DNA of 64,000 bases. Origin: Euglena gracilis (lineage: Eukaryota). The stretch covers positions 46,851,847 through 46,915,846 of the forward strand of contig CP154954.1 in the NCBI GenBank assembly GCA_039621445.1, given 5' to 3'. A program made the translations under genes and the position numbers. Positions 25,465 to 37,669 of the stretch are shown one piece after another. The notes under the pieces were generated by a model, which had not been told where the DNA came from, did not search any database, and worked only from the letters and a program-made list of their open reading frames with translations. The number at the start of each line of letters is the position of its first letter. The stretch's first letter is position 1.

Positions 25465-25720
25465 ACTCTCCCCCGGGGGGGGGAAGGCCGATTTTTTCAA
25501 CTCCCCCGGAGGGGGGAGGGTGAATTTTTATTTTCCCCCGGGGGGGGGAGGCCGATTTTTTCAACTCCCCCGGAGGGGGGGGAGGGTGAATTTTTATTTT
25601 CCCCCCGGAGGGGGGGGAGCGAATTTTTATTCCCCCCCCGGGGGGGGAGGGCGAATTTTTAACCCCCCGGAAGAAAGGTTGCGGGCAATTTTTTCAATAC
25701 CCCCAAAAGGGGGGGGCAAG
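25465..25720. repeat. C-run/G-run tandem array in the 3' region of A
   Basis: Six or more units of TCCCCC(G)nAGG...ATTTTT. Confidence 0.75.
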
Positions 25721-26246
25721 CAATTTTACCCTTGGGAAAGGAGGAGCGGCCATGTATTTTCCCCCGAGTCAAAGGGGGGGGGGGCGATGTGCCATTCTCC
25801 TTGGCAAGAATTTCCATTGGACCGAAGGAATCTTTTGTTTGTGAGACCAATTCCTTTTTGTTCACCGGGTGAGTTGAGAGGTTTTGTAATTCTTTTCCTT
25901 TGCAATCAAGTAGGACGCTTCTTGGTTTCAAAGGATGATTCACTCTCACATTTTTCACCAGAAATTGTTAAGTAGGTTCAAGTTGGATCTTCCCTCATGT
26001 ATTTTCAAGTTATGTTTTTTGGAGAGGGATACACCATTCCAAGGGGGGGGGACATTTTCTCCCCACAACGATGACAAAAAAGGGAGGAAATGCTGCCCGT
26101 TTCATTCGCACATGGTCGCAAGAGCAACTAGAAGAGGGGGGAAAGGTACCAAGGATGTGAAGAAAGTCCCCCTTGCCCATCTTTCCATTGGGAACGGACT
26201 TCGGATTTAGACTTGAAGGCAATTGAAGGAGGAGTTGGACGCATGC

Positions 26247-26251
<5 letters not shown>

Positions 26252-26316
<65 letters not shown>
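26252..26316. repeat. (CA)n microsatellite
   Basis: Direct. Confidence 0.95.
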
Positions 26317-26322
<6 letters not shown>

Positions 26323-26565
26323 CTTTTTTTTGGGTGGCATCATGAGGCTTTTATGTGCTTGATTGGAAGATGGTGAACACATTGTATGGGTTGGCATACA
26401 ATGTAAGTTCTGAATTTTTGAGAGGGGCATAGGCCTGTTTGTTTATTCGGTTCCTCAATTCTCTCCAAAGGGTGTTCTTCGTGTTTCATCTTCGACCCCC
26501 CCCCCGCTTCCGAAAAATGCGACTTTTTGCAATTTTGATTTTTTTCGGAGTCCGACTAAAGTCGC

Positions 26566-26576
26566 AAGGGAGGGGG
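26566..26576 (+). promoter_or_regulatory. Polypurine tract of A
   Basis: AAGGGAGGGGG abutting the 3' LTR. Confidence 0.85.
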
Positions 26577-27298
26577 TGTAGACCGTTGGGGGTCGTCAAC
26601 GGTCTAAGGGGGGGGGAAGCACCCAAAGGACCATTTTTCAAAGTCGCGCACAACATCGCTAAGTGCGCGCTTAAATTCACTTTTTGGAAACCTTCCAATT
26701 CATTCTCGAGTTAGAACAAAAACCCCAAAGGTAGCTAATTATCCCCATTTCACAGACATTTGTGGGTTTTTTTTATTATTGACCATTATCCGAAGTTGAA
26801 GTTTTGGAAGCGGAATTCAAGTCATCAAGGTTTCTTGGATATTTGACAACTATTTGAATTCTACGGTGGAAGTGGATTGATTCAATTGTGACAGGGGACT
26901 TTCCAACTGCCGGACGCCCTCCGGCCACCTTTTTGACCCATTCCGGTGTGTGTGGACTTCCGGACATCGGTGTTGGTGTGTGGCATTCTTTGTGCTATTT
27001 GCATTTTTTTGGGTTGGCAAACCAAAGTTCATACATTTCGAAGGATAGCACCAAAGGTTTTCAATGGGAGTTTGGGGAATTTTTGAAATGTTGTTTCCGA
27101 TCCTACGCGGGGAGTCCCAGCCGGGAAGGAACCCGGGGGAAACACCCGAAAATGACTTGAGCCCACCATTTTTGGGAAAAAAACCGGTTCCGGCGGGGGC
27201 ACCCGCACCCCCCCACGGGCTGGTGGCTGGGGGGACGGACCCCGGCGAGGGGGGGCCTGGCCCGGCCCCGGCACGGGAGGGGGGTGCGGCCCTGAACA
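26577..27298 (+). repeat. 3' LTR of element A
   Basis: Direct repeat of 1475-2195. Confidence 0.95.
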
Positions 27299-27302
27299 CT
27301 CT

Positions 27303-27700
27303 ATCTAGCCCTGCCGGCAGAGGCTGAAGGGGCCAGGGGGCAGGGATGTTGAACCCCGGCACCCTTTGCGAGAAGCCCACACAAGCGGCCAGCTGGGCTG
27401 CTGTGCGTTCCACCGTGGGATCCGAGATGCCCCAACCGCTTTTGTTGAAGGGGAGCGTAAATAGGTTCCAGTGCAGAGGTACTACATTGCTGACCGCCTG
27501 GCGCCTCACGTCGGAGATGTTTTGGAGGGATGTTGTGGCGGAGGGGAAGATGCTCTCACGGAGGAGGTGAGTAACCCGACAGCCATCCAGGAAATTCCGC
27601 AGGAGACAGTGTTGAAGTTGAGGATAATTTTTGGAGACAGGAAACAGAGGTCTCCAACTTGACACAGAGACGGTGGTCGACCTCAAATGAGCCATATAAT
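27303..27700 (-). pseudogene. Degenerate CRE-like non-LTR ORF fragment
   Basis: HCLLRNFLDGCRVTHLLR...LPFNKSGWGISDP...AQLAA matches HHLLRNCADGCRITHLLR...TPLHLGGCGIKDP...ARLAA in ORF 28175..30760. Confidence 0.8.
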
Positions 27701-28209
27701 GTTGGGGGATGGTTTGGAACAGGAATGAGAATAGTATAAAGGCGGGGGGGGAGGAAAATGGTTGCATTGGCAGAGGAAGAGAGCAAGGTGAGAGGATGGG
27801 TGAGAAAAGGTCAAACTGGGGGAAGCGGACCGAAGGAGGGACAAGGAGTGGGCCTGGTAAGGCCCTGAAGCCTTGAGGAGGGGAGTAAAGAAAGGTGTGC
27901 GAGGTGAAGGTGACAGTCTGCTTCACTGCCAGGAGGACCGAGGGTTAAAAACAATACACAGAGGGTCAGAGCCGTTCGAGCGTGCGCGCAGTGGCACATC
28001 GTGGGCGTTCATAGGAGGTTAGGCGTCAACGATTATGCCGAGGTGATGAAATGTTGCACTAATAATGTACACCGCTCCCATCCGGAGACATGCCCCAAAC
28101 GCGCGCAGTGCAGTCGTCCGCAGGCTTCACGGGAGTGGCGCCAATCGCCTTACTGGCGCGCCGATGAAATCCGATCACCGCACCAAGCGGCAGGAAAATG
28201 GCGCCAACT

Positions 28210-28448
28210 CAAGGAGTCGGAGCGCCCGGAAGCCCATGTCCGTGACGCGGTTGTGGAGGAGCGATAAGTGAAGGGTCTGGAGGGTGGTGGGGTACGCCAG
28301 TTTCGATAGCGTCACGGCCCCGGCGTTGCCGATGGAGTTGTGGCTCAGGTCGAGGGTCAGTGCCGTCACCGACGCGGTGTCCGTGAAGGCGGACAGGGCG
28401 GAGACGCCCTCGTCCCCCAGGGATTTCTCCGCCAGCTGGTGGTCGACC
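28210..28448 (-). pseudogene. Leucine-rich-repeat (RI-like) coding segment, probably a host exon
   Basis: SLGDEGVSALS / LTLDLSHNSIGNAGAVTLS / LHLSLLHNRVTDMGFRAL; GC-rich, unlike the adjacent element. Confidence 0.75.
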
Positions 28449-31400
28449 TTTTTTTTTTTTTGGCACTGGTACTTGTTTGCTTTAATGTGGCGTTGTTCTC
28501 CCTCATGCCAGGAAGCTGCTCTCTGAATTATTCTTTTGATATTTTTGGCGCCTTCTGGGCCCCATCCACCCCATGTGCCAAAGGCAGCTGTCGCAAAACT
28601 CCAGCCTGCCTTTTGGCACGGTTCGTCATATTTGTCATGTTTTTGTTTTTCCTTTTGTTTCAGGAAGAGTTTCCATTTTTCTTTGCCTTGTCGGTTTGCG
28701 TTTTGCCAACTGTGGACCACTGTGAGGTCGAAGGCAGTGGGTTGGCCATTATCCCAGGCGGATAGCAGCAAGTCAGCGGGTCTGAGGTGTTGGTCTGGTT
28801 GATTTAGGATTTGTACTTCCTTGGTCACCCCCTGTCCAGAGATCCGGAGAATTTCAAACAATTTGTCTTGCAGGGTGTTGTGTCTCTCAGAATAGTTGTT
28901 GCGAATACAACAGAGTAGGTGATCTCCCCATTCATCGACTGTTGAGTTGCAACCTGGACACTTGGGTGCGTTTTGGGAGTGCAGCAACTGTAACCCGAGC
29001 CACCACTTCAATGAGAGGATGTATTCCTCCGATGACATGCTTGTGTGAAGTGTAGGCAGGGGTGTTGCCCGCATCCATGCTGAACCCAGTCCATTCTGTG
29101 TTTCTGACAGACGCGCTTGGTCTCGTGGTGGGCTGGCCGAGAGAAGTTTGTCCAGTGCTGCGCGGTGAAGGTGAGTTGTCCACCAATGTTGTGATTGTTG
29201 ATTTTCATCAGCCAGTTTGATGTCGTCTGGTTTGTCCAGCCATCTTTGGAGTGGTTCAAGGTTCAGGCCCGTGACAGCCGCCAGAACGTGAACAGCGTTT
29301 TGGACCATTTCATGGTTAACTTTCGCGGCATAAAGTGGCAGCTGTATCATTGTGCTTCCTTTGGCGTGGAATTTGGCCAGGGCCGCCAATCGAGCCGGGC
29401 CTTGAATGAGGCAGGGGTCTTTGATTCCACATCCTCCGAGGTGCAATGGTGTGAAGACTTGTTGTCTTTGGTTGCTTGTCAGGGCTGTCCCCATGATGTC
29501 TTCGAAGCCTTTGATAATTGTTTCTGAGCATTGTTTGATACTTTTGGACAGGTGTTGGGTGTCCGCGCCCCTGAGTAGGTGTGTGATTCTGCACCCGTCA
29601 GCACAATTGCGTAACAGGTGATGTGCGATTTGCCTGTCCCCCAAGCCGGTGATTTTCTCAATCAGGTTTTCCAAGTCTTCTTGCGCAGCATTCCATGAGC
29701 GCTCACGGAAGGTGGATGTGTTTGGAAAGTCAATCGGTATACCCAATACTTTGATTCCCTCCCCCGGTTGCCAATGTTTGTGGGTCATGTTGTGCTTTGC
29801 AGCAATTTCTGCACCACAGGGACCCCAGGTGATGCACTTTTGCGGGTTCAGGTGTAGGCCCACTGTTGGGCCCAGGTCCTTCAAGAGTTGTACTGCAGCA
29901 TTAATACTTTCTGGTTGACCGATGAGTACCCCATCATCCAAATACCACGCACTCCACAACATGCCTGTGTCGTTTCGTATTTTTTCCACAATTTCCTGTA
30001 ATACGAGTGAGAAACCAATGGGGCCCATAGGGCATCCTTGGTGTGTGCCCTGTTGTGAAGTGAGGATTTTTTGTCCGCAGAACAAGGGAGCTGGTTGTGC
30101 GTATGCCGTACAGAGGTAGTTCCAACAAGAGGGTGTTCTGGTCGCCGCCATTTTCAACATTTGTGTTCTGTGTGCATTGTTGAAGGCATTGCGTAGGTCT
30201 ACTTGTAATAGTGCCCAGTTGGCGGATGTTTGCAGCGCCTGCACCATGCTTTGTGTACCTTGTGCGATGAATTCAGTGGCATTGGGAACGCCCAGCCCCA
30301 GTTGGGTTGGGGGAAAGGAATCCAGTTCTTTGCGGACTTGTGGGTGCTTCAGGATTGTCTTTCCAGCAATTCTGCGCAGCGTTTCGCCCACGGCAATCGG
30401 CCTTGTTCCACCACCTTCTTTGGCGAGTGCTGTTAGGGCTGTTGAACACCAGATGGGCGAGTGAGGTTGAGGGATATCTCCTTTGTCCCACATGATGCAG
30501 AAATGAGTCATTGCTTGTTGTAATAGCGCCCCATTGCCAGGGCGGCGGAGGTTGTCTTGTAAATGGCTTATGCGGAGACCCGATGGACCTGGTGCGCTGG
30601 TGCGGTTGAATTTGAGGACACTTTCTTTGACCATGTTTGACCAAACAGCTGGGTCATGTGATTTGTTCAGGCTTTCTGAGGCAGGGCGTGTGAAGTAGTG
30701 GGGGGTCTGCTCTTGGGTGTAAGTCTTGTAAGGTTTGGAAGACGCGGGGGTCACTGACATCTTGGGTTCCTTTGCTTTGGAGAATTTGGATGGCCTTTCG
30801 TGCCGCTCCCTCTCCTACGAGTTGCCGGATCTTGCTTAAGAGGTGCCGGTTGCCAGCATGAGACGGATCTTCCCTGTATTTCTTCTGGGACCTTGTTTCT
30901 GTTCCCGGATGCTGCGCGGTGAGCGACTCCTCCATCAGGCTCTTGACAAGTTCTGCCCAGCTGCCTCTTCTGAAGAGGTGGAGGCGTTGTAGGATTGTCA
31001 CTTCAAGGATGTCCCTTGAGAACTTCCCTTTGAGCTTCACGGCTCTCAGAGTGAGCTTCGGCAACGCCAGGATGCCGAAGAGTGCCTCTTCTGTCGGTTG
31101 TGATGTGTATCGCAGTAGCGCCCAGGAAAAAACATCAGAAAAGGTTTGTTGGGTTGTCACCGGGAGGTGTCGAATGGTGGATACCGGTGTTTGCAACACC
31201 TCGAGGATGGGGAACGGCGCCGTCATGTCACAACAAAAGGGTTGGTCCGGGGTATGTCTTAAGTTTGAGATGTTGCCTGCCACATTTGTAATGGCTGCGG
31301 CATCTGTGCTCCCTAACGGTGGCGCTTCCGGGTGAGCTAAGTCCGTGAAATCGGCGGTTGATGGTGCCTCTGTATCCGGTTGCGGTTCCCCACCGCCCTC

Positions 31401-31910
31401 TTCCCTTGGCCGGATGCGGGAGGATTTTCCCGGGCCCGGATTTTGTTCTACATCCCCACATGTGAGAATGCTTCACCTTCCTTGCCGAATGTCCCTGTGA
31501 AAGTGCGCCGGGCCCGGTTGTGTGTGGAAGTACCCAAAAGCGGGGAGGTCCCCTCTGCCCTGTTGAGCCGATGGGCGTTCGGTGCCCCCGATTAGGTGAA
31601 ATGTCAGCAAGGTGTGCCTCCTCCTTCATGCTTGGTGTATCAGTATTATTTCCATGAGAATTCGGTGGTCGACCTAAGTAAGAAGCCCTCAGAGTAGCGG
31701 AACGGAGCGCGTCGTCTTGGTTGCTTTTGCACCCCAATTGCACTCTGTCATTTGTCTCCAGTCGCGGAGGATGGGCTGAAAATTGAAAAGATTGAACTTG
31801 AATTTGTCGAAGCTGTTCACTCTTGGGACTCGTATGTGTGCACGCTCAATTGATTACTCTGGTTTGTCTTCTGGAGCTGCTCTTTTTTTCGCTCTCTTTT
31901 CAACGATCCA
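28449..31910 (-). mobile_element. CRE-clade non-LTR retrotransposon (RT + Zn-knuckle + restriction-like endonuclease), 3' poly(A)13
   Basis: SAPGPSG, RPIAVGETLRR, DLRNAFN, GTHQGCPMGP, YLDDG, CPGC..DHLLCC..RHN, RPAD..FDLTV..KHDKY; frameshift ~30690; 5' boundary uncertain. Confidence 0.88.
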
Positions 31911-33570
31911 TAGGAATGGTTGTTTACGTTGACGTGCGTTGCCAAACCAGATTCCTCATAAGCCGGGGGAAATGCCATTTAATGGGTTGAACATCAAGAA
32001 GTTGTCTTGAATTTTTTGACAGAAATGTTGTTTTACTCTTTTTTGTGGTCAAAAAGTTTTCCAACACCAGTCCAAGGTAGCAAGCAGGGCAGGGTAGAGT
32101 GGGGATGTCCCCCCCCCCCCGACTGGATCAGGGGGACACCCCCCAAAAGGCCAACTTTTTCCTTCTGGCGCTCCACACCAAAAATGTTTGACATTTTTGG
32201 CAAGTTTTTGCCCAAAGTGCCCCAACTATCACATTGGGGGTTGAGCCCCCGCGTCCCCGCCCCCCCCCCCCCCCGCGTCCCCACCAAGTGGCTTGGTGTC
32301 CTTTTTTGAAGAGGCTTTTCTGCAATGTCCCGGCATGCTTGCTGTGATGAAACAAAGAAGAAGGGAGAAAGAAAAAAGAACGTTGCAAAAACAAGTGAGA
32401 AGGCAAAAAATTTTATCCTTGCCCCAACAAAAAACGGTACTCGTTCGCACCCTCACCCGTCGACTCTTCCATTTGGGGGGTGCCATTTGGGGGGTGGGTG
32501 TCATAGAACGAACAAGTTCCCAAAAAACCAGTTGTTGTGATGGGTGAAGGTTGTGACCTTACGTGTGTCCATGTTTTCCTTCCAGTTTGTTCAAGATGAT
32601 CAATGCTAATCCTAGAATGTCCCCCCGCAACCACTGCACACATTTCCTATTTGGTGTCCTCTCACCTGGAAATTCTGATCATGGTGTATCCCAAAGAGTG
32701 TTCCCCCGGGGGGGGGGGGGGGCACGGGGGAAAACCACATTTTCGGTGGCCAAATTAGGAATCACCGAAGACGAACTCTTGGGGGGAAATCCATAAATTA
32801 TGAATCCCCACACCTAAAATTTGAATTTTGACCCCGAATTAGGAGTCCCAAAATTTGCAAAATGTATGCCTCAAAATTAGGAATCTACCTCAATATTTTA
32901 TCAAAATAGGCTCACCTACAAAATTTGTTTCCGAGAAATTTTGGCCAAAAGGGGTCTTAGGTCGGGTCATCGTGACCCGAACCACCCTCTTGCCCCCCGC
33001 ATCCCCAACACCCCCATGAGCCATTTTGGGGGCCGCCACCGTTTATGTGGGGGGGTTCCCCGCCTCCCCACCTGCCCTTTTGTCAAACCAACAGTTCGAC
33101 AAAAAAAATTGCAAGGATTGTGGCGGGAGGTAAGGGGAAAAGGACAAAAGGCCGCTAACATTGCCTCCAGCAACGGCAGGCATTCCCTTGTGTGGGTTAA
33201 ATGTCAGCGGGCTTTCTTCATCCCTGCCACTCGTGCACCTTTGGGACCACGGCCCTGCCCAAGGTATGGCAGGGCAAATCATGAACCCTGCCAAGCCAAC
33301 TGGAATCCACTCCAAATCCTGCTGGGTGCTGCTGGGTGATCCGACTTGTAAATTCTTTGGTGGGGGTCGTCCAGCGAACCAGTACCGAATTTTTCAGCAA
33401 AACGCCAAAAAGTTGACCCCCCAAAATAAGACCCCCCTTGGGATTTTCAGCAACGGAACCCAAAAGCAGACCCGGTGTCTTATTTTTGATGGGGGTTGTT
33501 CCTTTCAACCCTTTGGCGTGAACATGGAACATGGCTGATGGTCCATGGGCCAAGGCTCTACTACAAAAAA

Positions 33571-33710
33571 GGGGGGGCGGACGCCGGTTCTGTCCTGAAC
33601 CCGGCGTCCCCGGACGCCGGGTTCAGGACAGAACCGGCGTCCGCCCCCCTTGTTTAAAGCGGCGTTTTAGAGACGCTGGGTTCAGGACAGAACCGCCGTC
33701 CCCGCCCTTT
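33571..33710. repeat. Palindromic GACGCCGGTTC/GAACCGGCGTC repeat cluster (also ~34845-34972, ~37165-37240, ~37920-38000, ~53068-53100)
   Basis: Long inverted repeat and dispersed copies of the same 11-mer core. Confidence 0.75.
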
Positions 33711-33859
33711 GGGCCAGATACGACTTAGAAACCCACCTATTTGTGTTCTCCTTTAGGCTTTCTTTAGCACAATGATGGGCGGTTCCCTCGCCGTTGTAGT
33801 CCGCAACGCTCTGCCTGCCAGCCCAACCAGTGCCCAATTTTTGGCAGGGTTGGGGGCCG

Positions 33860-34401
33860 CCTTGGAGCCTCAAAGTGAAGGGGCGCGATGACCTGCTTCG
33901 CCGGGCCGCCCGCGTTGCTGTTCAGGTTGCTTTCTTTAACAAAACATCGTTTTCGCTGCAAATTCCTCCAGCCGCCACCGAAGGTTCAGAAAATCGAACT
34001 GAAGACGGAGCTCAAGTCGGAGCCCGAATGCCAGATTCGGACTCCGATATTGAGGTCGCTCAATGCTGTGCGTTCCCATTGTTCACTGGACTGCCCCAGA
34101 TTTTGCAAGACGGTCGTGACCCTCTGCCGAGCATGCCCCTGGCTGACGCTGTTAGGCTATTGCCTGCAGAGCGGGTGTGGTACAACTGCTTAACTCTTTT
34201 CCAAGTCCTCTCCTGTCAGCCACCCGTCGACCCCGACGACCTCACCATCGACAACCTCAGCCAGTACCGCCAGCAGATGTTCGCCTACAGCCGGGCGGAC
34301 TACAACCACGCCGCCTTCTGTGCCCCACCGGCGGCGGAGGGAGCGGCCGTCAACAGCGACCTCAGCGACACACCCAACCCATTCGCCCCCTTCCGTGCGC
34401 G
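33860..34401 (+). CDS. Cluster of GC-rich putative host exons, product unknown
   Basis: e.g. ag|CCACCC...GCGG|gt encoding PPVDPDDLTIDNLSQYRQQMFAYSRADYNHAAFC; strong C/G third-position bias. Confidence 0.45.
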
Positions 34402-36497
34402 GGTGAACCATGGAGGTAAAAGTGGAGGGGGACAGTTGCACTGTTTGTGGTTTCCCTCAAAACTCGTGGGGGCAAGCGCCCCGTCATGTGTGATGTGTGT
34501 CACGAGTACCGCCACCTGTCGTGCGCTGGTCTTGATGCCCCCCCGGTATGGCTCTTGGTGTTGCTCTCGTTGTGAGGGTGCACCCCGTCCTGTTTCCCCG
34601 TCGTAATGTGTTTGCTTACCGGCAATACGTTTTGCCCTGTAATCGCTGCGGCTGTGGCAACCTGTATGCCTAGCAATCCCTTCCCCCTCCCCCTGGAAAC
34701 TTCAGAAACGCTCAGATGGTGCTGCCACTCATCAATCATATTCTGGCACTGTGCAGTTCTGCCTCCCATCCATCTCTTCAGACAAGGAAATTTTCGTTGC
34801 TACGGTCGCATACGTACATTTTTTGGCATAAAAAATAATCCAGATCCGGACGCCGGGTTTTGGACAGAACCGGCGTTCCTAACGCCGGGTTTTAGGACAG
34901 AACTGGCGTCCGGAAAACCCATGGGGGGGGACGCCGGTTCTGTCCTGAACCCGGCGTCTCAAACGCCGGTTTAAAAAAACTCCACGCACCATGCCCCCCC
35001 ATTCCCCCCCATTATGAACCTCCTGGGGGAGGTACATAATGGAGTAGAGCATGTCCTACCCTGGCAGTCCTACCCAACCCGACCCGTCTTTTGCTCTGGA
35101 TGCCTTTCAACCCCCCCCCCCCATTGTGTACCTCCCCCCACCCCCCATCAAGTTCCTCCCCCCCCAATTTTGGCCTCCCGGGGGGGGGGTCCCAAACCGT
35201 GGGGGGGTGAAATCCGTTCAGCCGGCTGGCTAGGTCCCGTGGGACACAGGGGCTTTGTTCATACAGTAACTAGTAACTGATGGTGGGCGCCGGGCGGTCC
35301 CCAGGCACCGAAGGCGCCAGGCCGCCCTCGCTGAAAACCGTTTTATGCTGACGGGCGCCCGCACTCCCCCTCAAATGACAAAATCCGGTACTTGTTCGCT
35401 AAGCGACCGCCACCGAAATTTTTTTAAGTCGGAATTTTCAGGGTTATTGAAGGAGTTGGGTAAGGGATACGACTCAGGCCAGAAGTCAGGCCTAACTTCT
35501 GGCCAACTTTGGTCCTAAAGTTAGGCCAGAAGTTAGGCCTAAAACCGTAACCGAGGGATGGAGAGAGAGGTAGAGGTAGAGGTAGAGGTAAAGGTCACCT
35601 CTACCTCTACCATCCCTCTATGTCTCGGAAAACTTTAATGGGCCAAAACTTGTTTGTGCTTCTGTAATGTGAAAGCATGAGAAGACAGACATTGAGGTTA
35701 CTTTCAAGTGCACTTCGACCCAAAGTGAACTTGTCCAAGTCAACTTTGACCCAAGTGGGTTCGGGTCATTAATGGGACTTGGCAAAGTCTACTTCTCAAA
35801 GAAATACCTGTACAGCAACTTTCGACATCGGAAGCCACCTGAAATCAGAAATTATCATTGAATCAAAAAAGGACTTCTTTTTCGCACCTGCACCACTTCC
35901 CCTTGGACAGAATTGGAGCTGCTAACAAGCACAGCTCTTGGAACGAAACAAAATCTTCTGCCGAGCATTTTGTGGAAATAGGGCTGTGTACAGAAAAAGT
36001 GTCATGACACTGCACCCCCCCGCGGGAATAGTTAGGGGGGGGACAGCAAGGGGGGGGGCATGGTAAACCATAGTGGGCACGCCTGTGTTTTTTTGACGTT
36101 GTTTTTTTTTGCTTTTTTTTTATATCTAACAATGTTATTTTTTTTTAGAAAAGCAAAAAACGCCCACAAGGTTTTGCATTGAAAATTTTTTGAATGAATA
36201 TTTTCAACCATTTTTGGCGACTTCTAGGTCATTTCTGCCAAAAACTTCCTTCCACAAAAAAATGAAAAAAGTCATAAAACTGCATTTTTTTTTGCATTTT
36301 GGGGATGTTTTTGAACATTTTTTTTGCACTTTTTGAACATAGTGGGATTCGAAGTATGGTTTGGGTGTTTCATAATGAGTTTTTTTTTTCAATGAAATTT
36401 CCCTTTTGTTTTTGTTGATGTTTTTCTTGGTCTTTTTTCAAAAAAAACACGTCGTTTTGTTTTTTTTGAAATAAAAGAATTCAACCATGGTGGGGAC

Positions 36498-36790
36498 CAG
36501 GCTTCTTTTTAAGTCAGCAGACCCCCCCCCCGGGGGGGAGGGGGGGGGGGTGGGTGGGTCCGGGCCGGCCCCCCCCCCCCCCCGGGGGGGGGGGGGGGGG
36601 GGGGTCCCGCGCCAGAGGCGCTGGGTATACCTTTTCGGCGCGAAGCGCCGAAAATTTTTGAAAATTGCCTTTAACGGGCCCGATTTTGGGAGGGGTCCCC
36701 CCCGGGGGGTCCTGCGCCACCCTGGGTGGGTGGGGGGGACCCCCCCCTCCCCCCCCCCCCCCCCCCCCGGGGGTCTTAAAAAGAAGCCTG
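36498..36790. mobile_element. hAT-type MITE
   Basis: TIR CAGGCTTCTTTTTAAG/CTTAAAAAGAAGCCTG; perfect 8-bp TSD GTGGGGAC; internal CGGCGCGAAGCGCCG hairpin. Confidence 0.9.
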
Positions 36791-37669
36791 GTGGGGACAT
36801 CCAAATGTGGCAATGCCATCTTTGGGGTCAAAAACTTTCTCATCCATCTGTGAAGGAGAATAGCAAAAAATTTTGGAGGGGAAATTTCTCGGGGGGGCAA
36901 AAAATTTTTGAGTCAAAAAACTCTCGGGGGGGAATCTCGGGGGGGGGGGCGCCCCCCTCCCCCCCCCCCCCAGTTTCTACACCAATGGTTGGATCAACCA
37001 TGCTCTGCCCAATTACGTACCCAAACCCGAACTCAACCAGTCAACTGAACCAGTTGGCATCCAAAATGATGTCAACCGGATTGCGTTTGTGCCCCAGGGT
37101 GTCTCAAACACATTGAACCACCTTTAGGGATTTAATTCTGATGTTTCTGATCTGAAAACTGTGTCCAGAACGCCGGTTCGGGCGTGAAGCCGTGTTTCAG
37201 AACGCCGGTTCGGGCGGCAGCCCGAACCGGCGTTCTGGACACAGTTGTTGAAACCGTGGATTAGGGGCTCTGGCTTCGCCCTAAATACCCATTTTCCGAA
37301 CATTTTTGGGCATTTTTGGGCTCCTTTGGGTGCATGGCCATGTCGATCGGCCGATTGAAGTTTTCACAAATGTGATGCCATGTTACCCATCGATCGAAAG
37401 CTCTTCTCAAGGGCTTTTGACAGATGGCCACAGGATTCAGCCATCATGCACACAGCGCTTATTTTCAGCGATCGTGCATTCCAAAATTTGACATCTTAAT
37501 TTGTGAAAGCTCACACCTCAGGTGCCATACAGCATATCAATTGAAAGCTCTCCCCAAGACCTTTCGCTTGGTACCCTCAGAACTCAACTACACTGCAGAG
37601 CACTCTGAAATCGGCCATCGCATTTTCCAACCCTGTTTGCAAAGTCGAAATTCCTATGTTTCACCACCC

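Larger units (their letters stand above)
1475..27298 (+). mobile_element. Element A: Ty3/gypsy chromodomain LTR retrotransposon with C5- and N6-DNA methyltransferase domains, interrupted by element B
   Basis: Near-identical LTRs 1475-2195 and 26577-27298 (TG...CA); 4-bp TSD CTCT (1471-1474, 27299-27302); PBS and PPT present; domain order PR-RT-RH-IN-chromo. Confidence 0.95.

Noticed and set aside
24975-26490. Antisense gene in the 3' region of A
   Set aside because: Only short broken frames with one CxxC; not supportable without a family consensus
27900-32100. Spliced-leader RNA or other RNA gene as the CRE target
   Set aside because: No SL, tRNA or rRNA sequence recognised in the flanks
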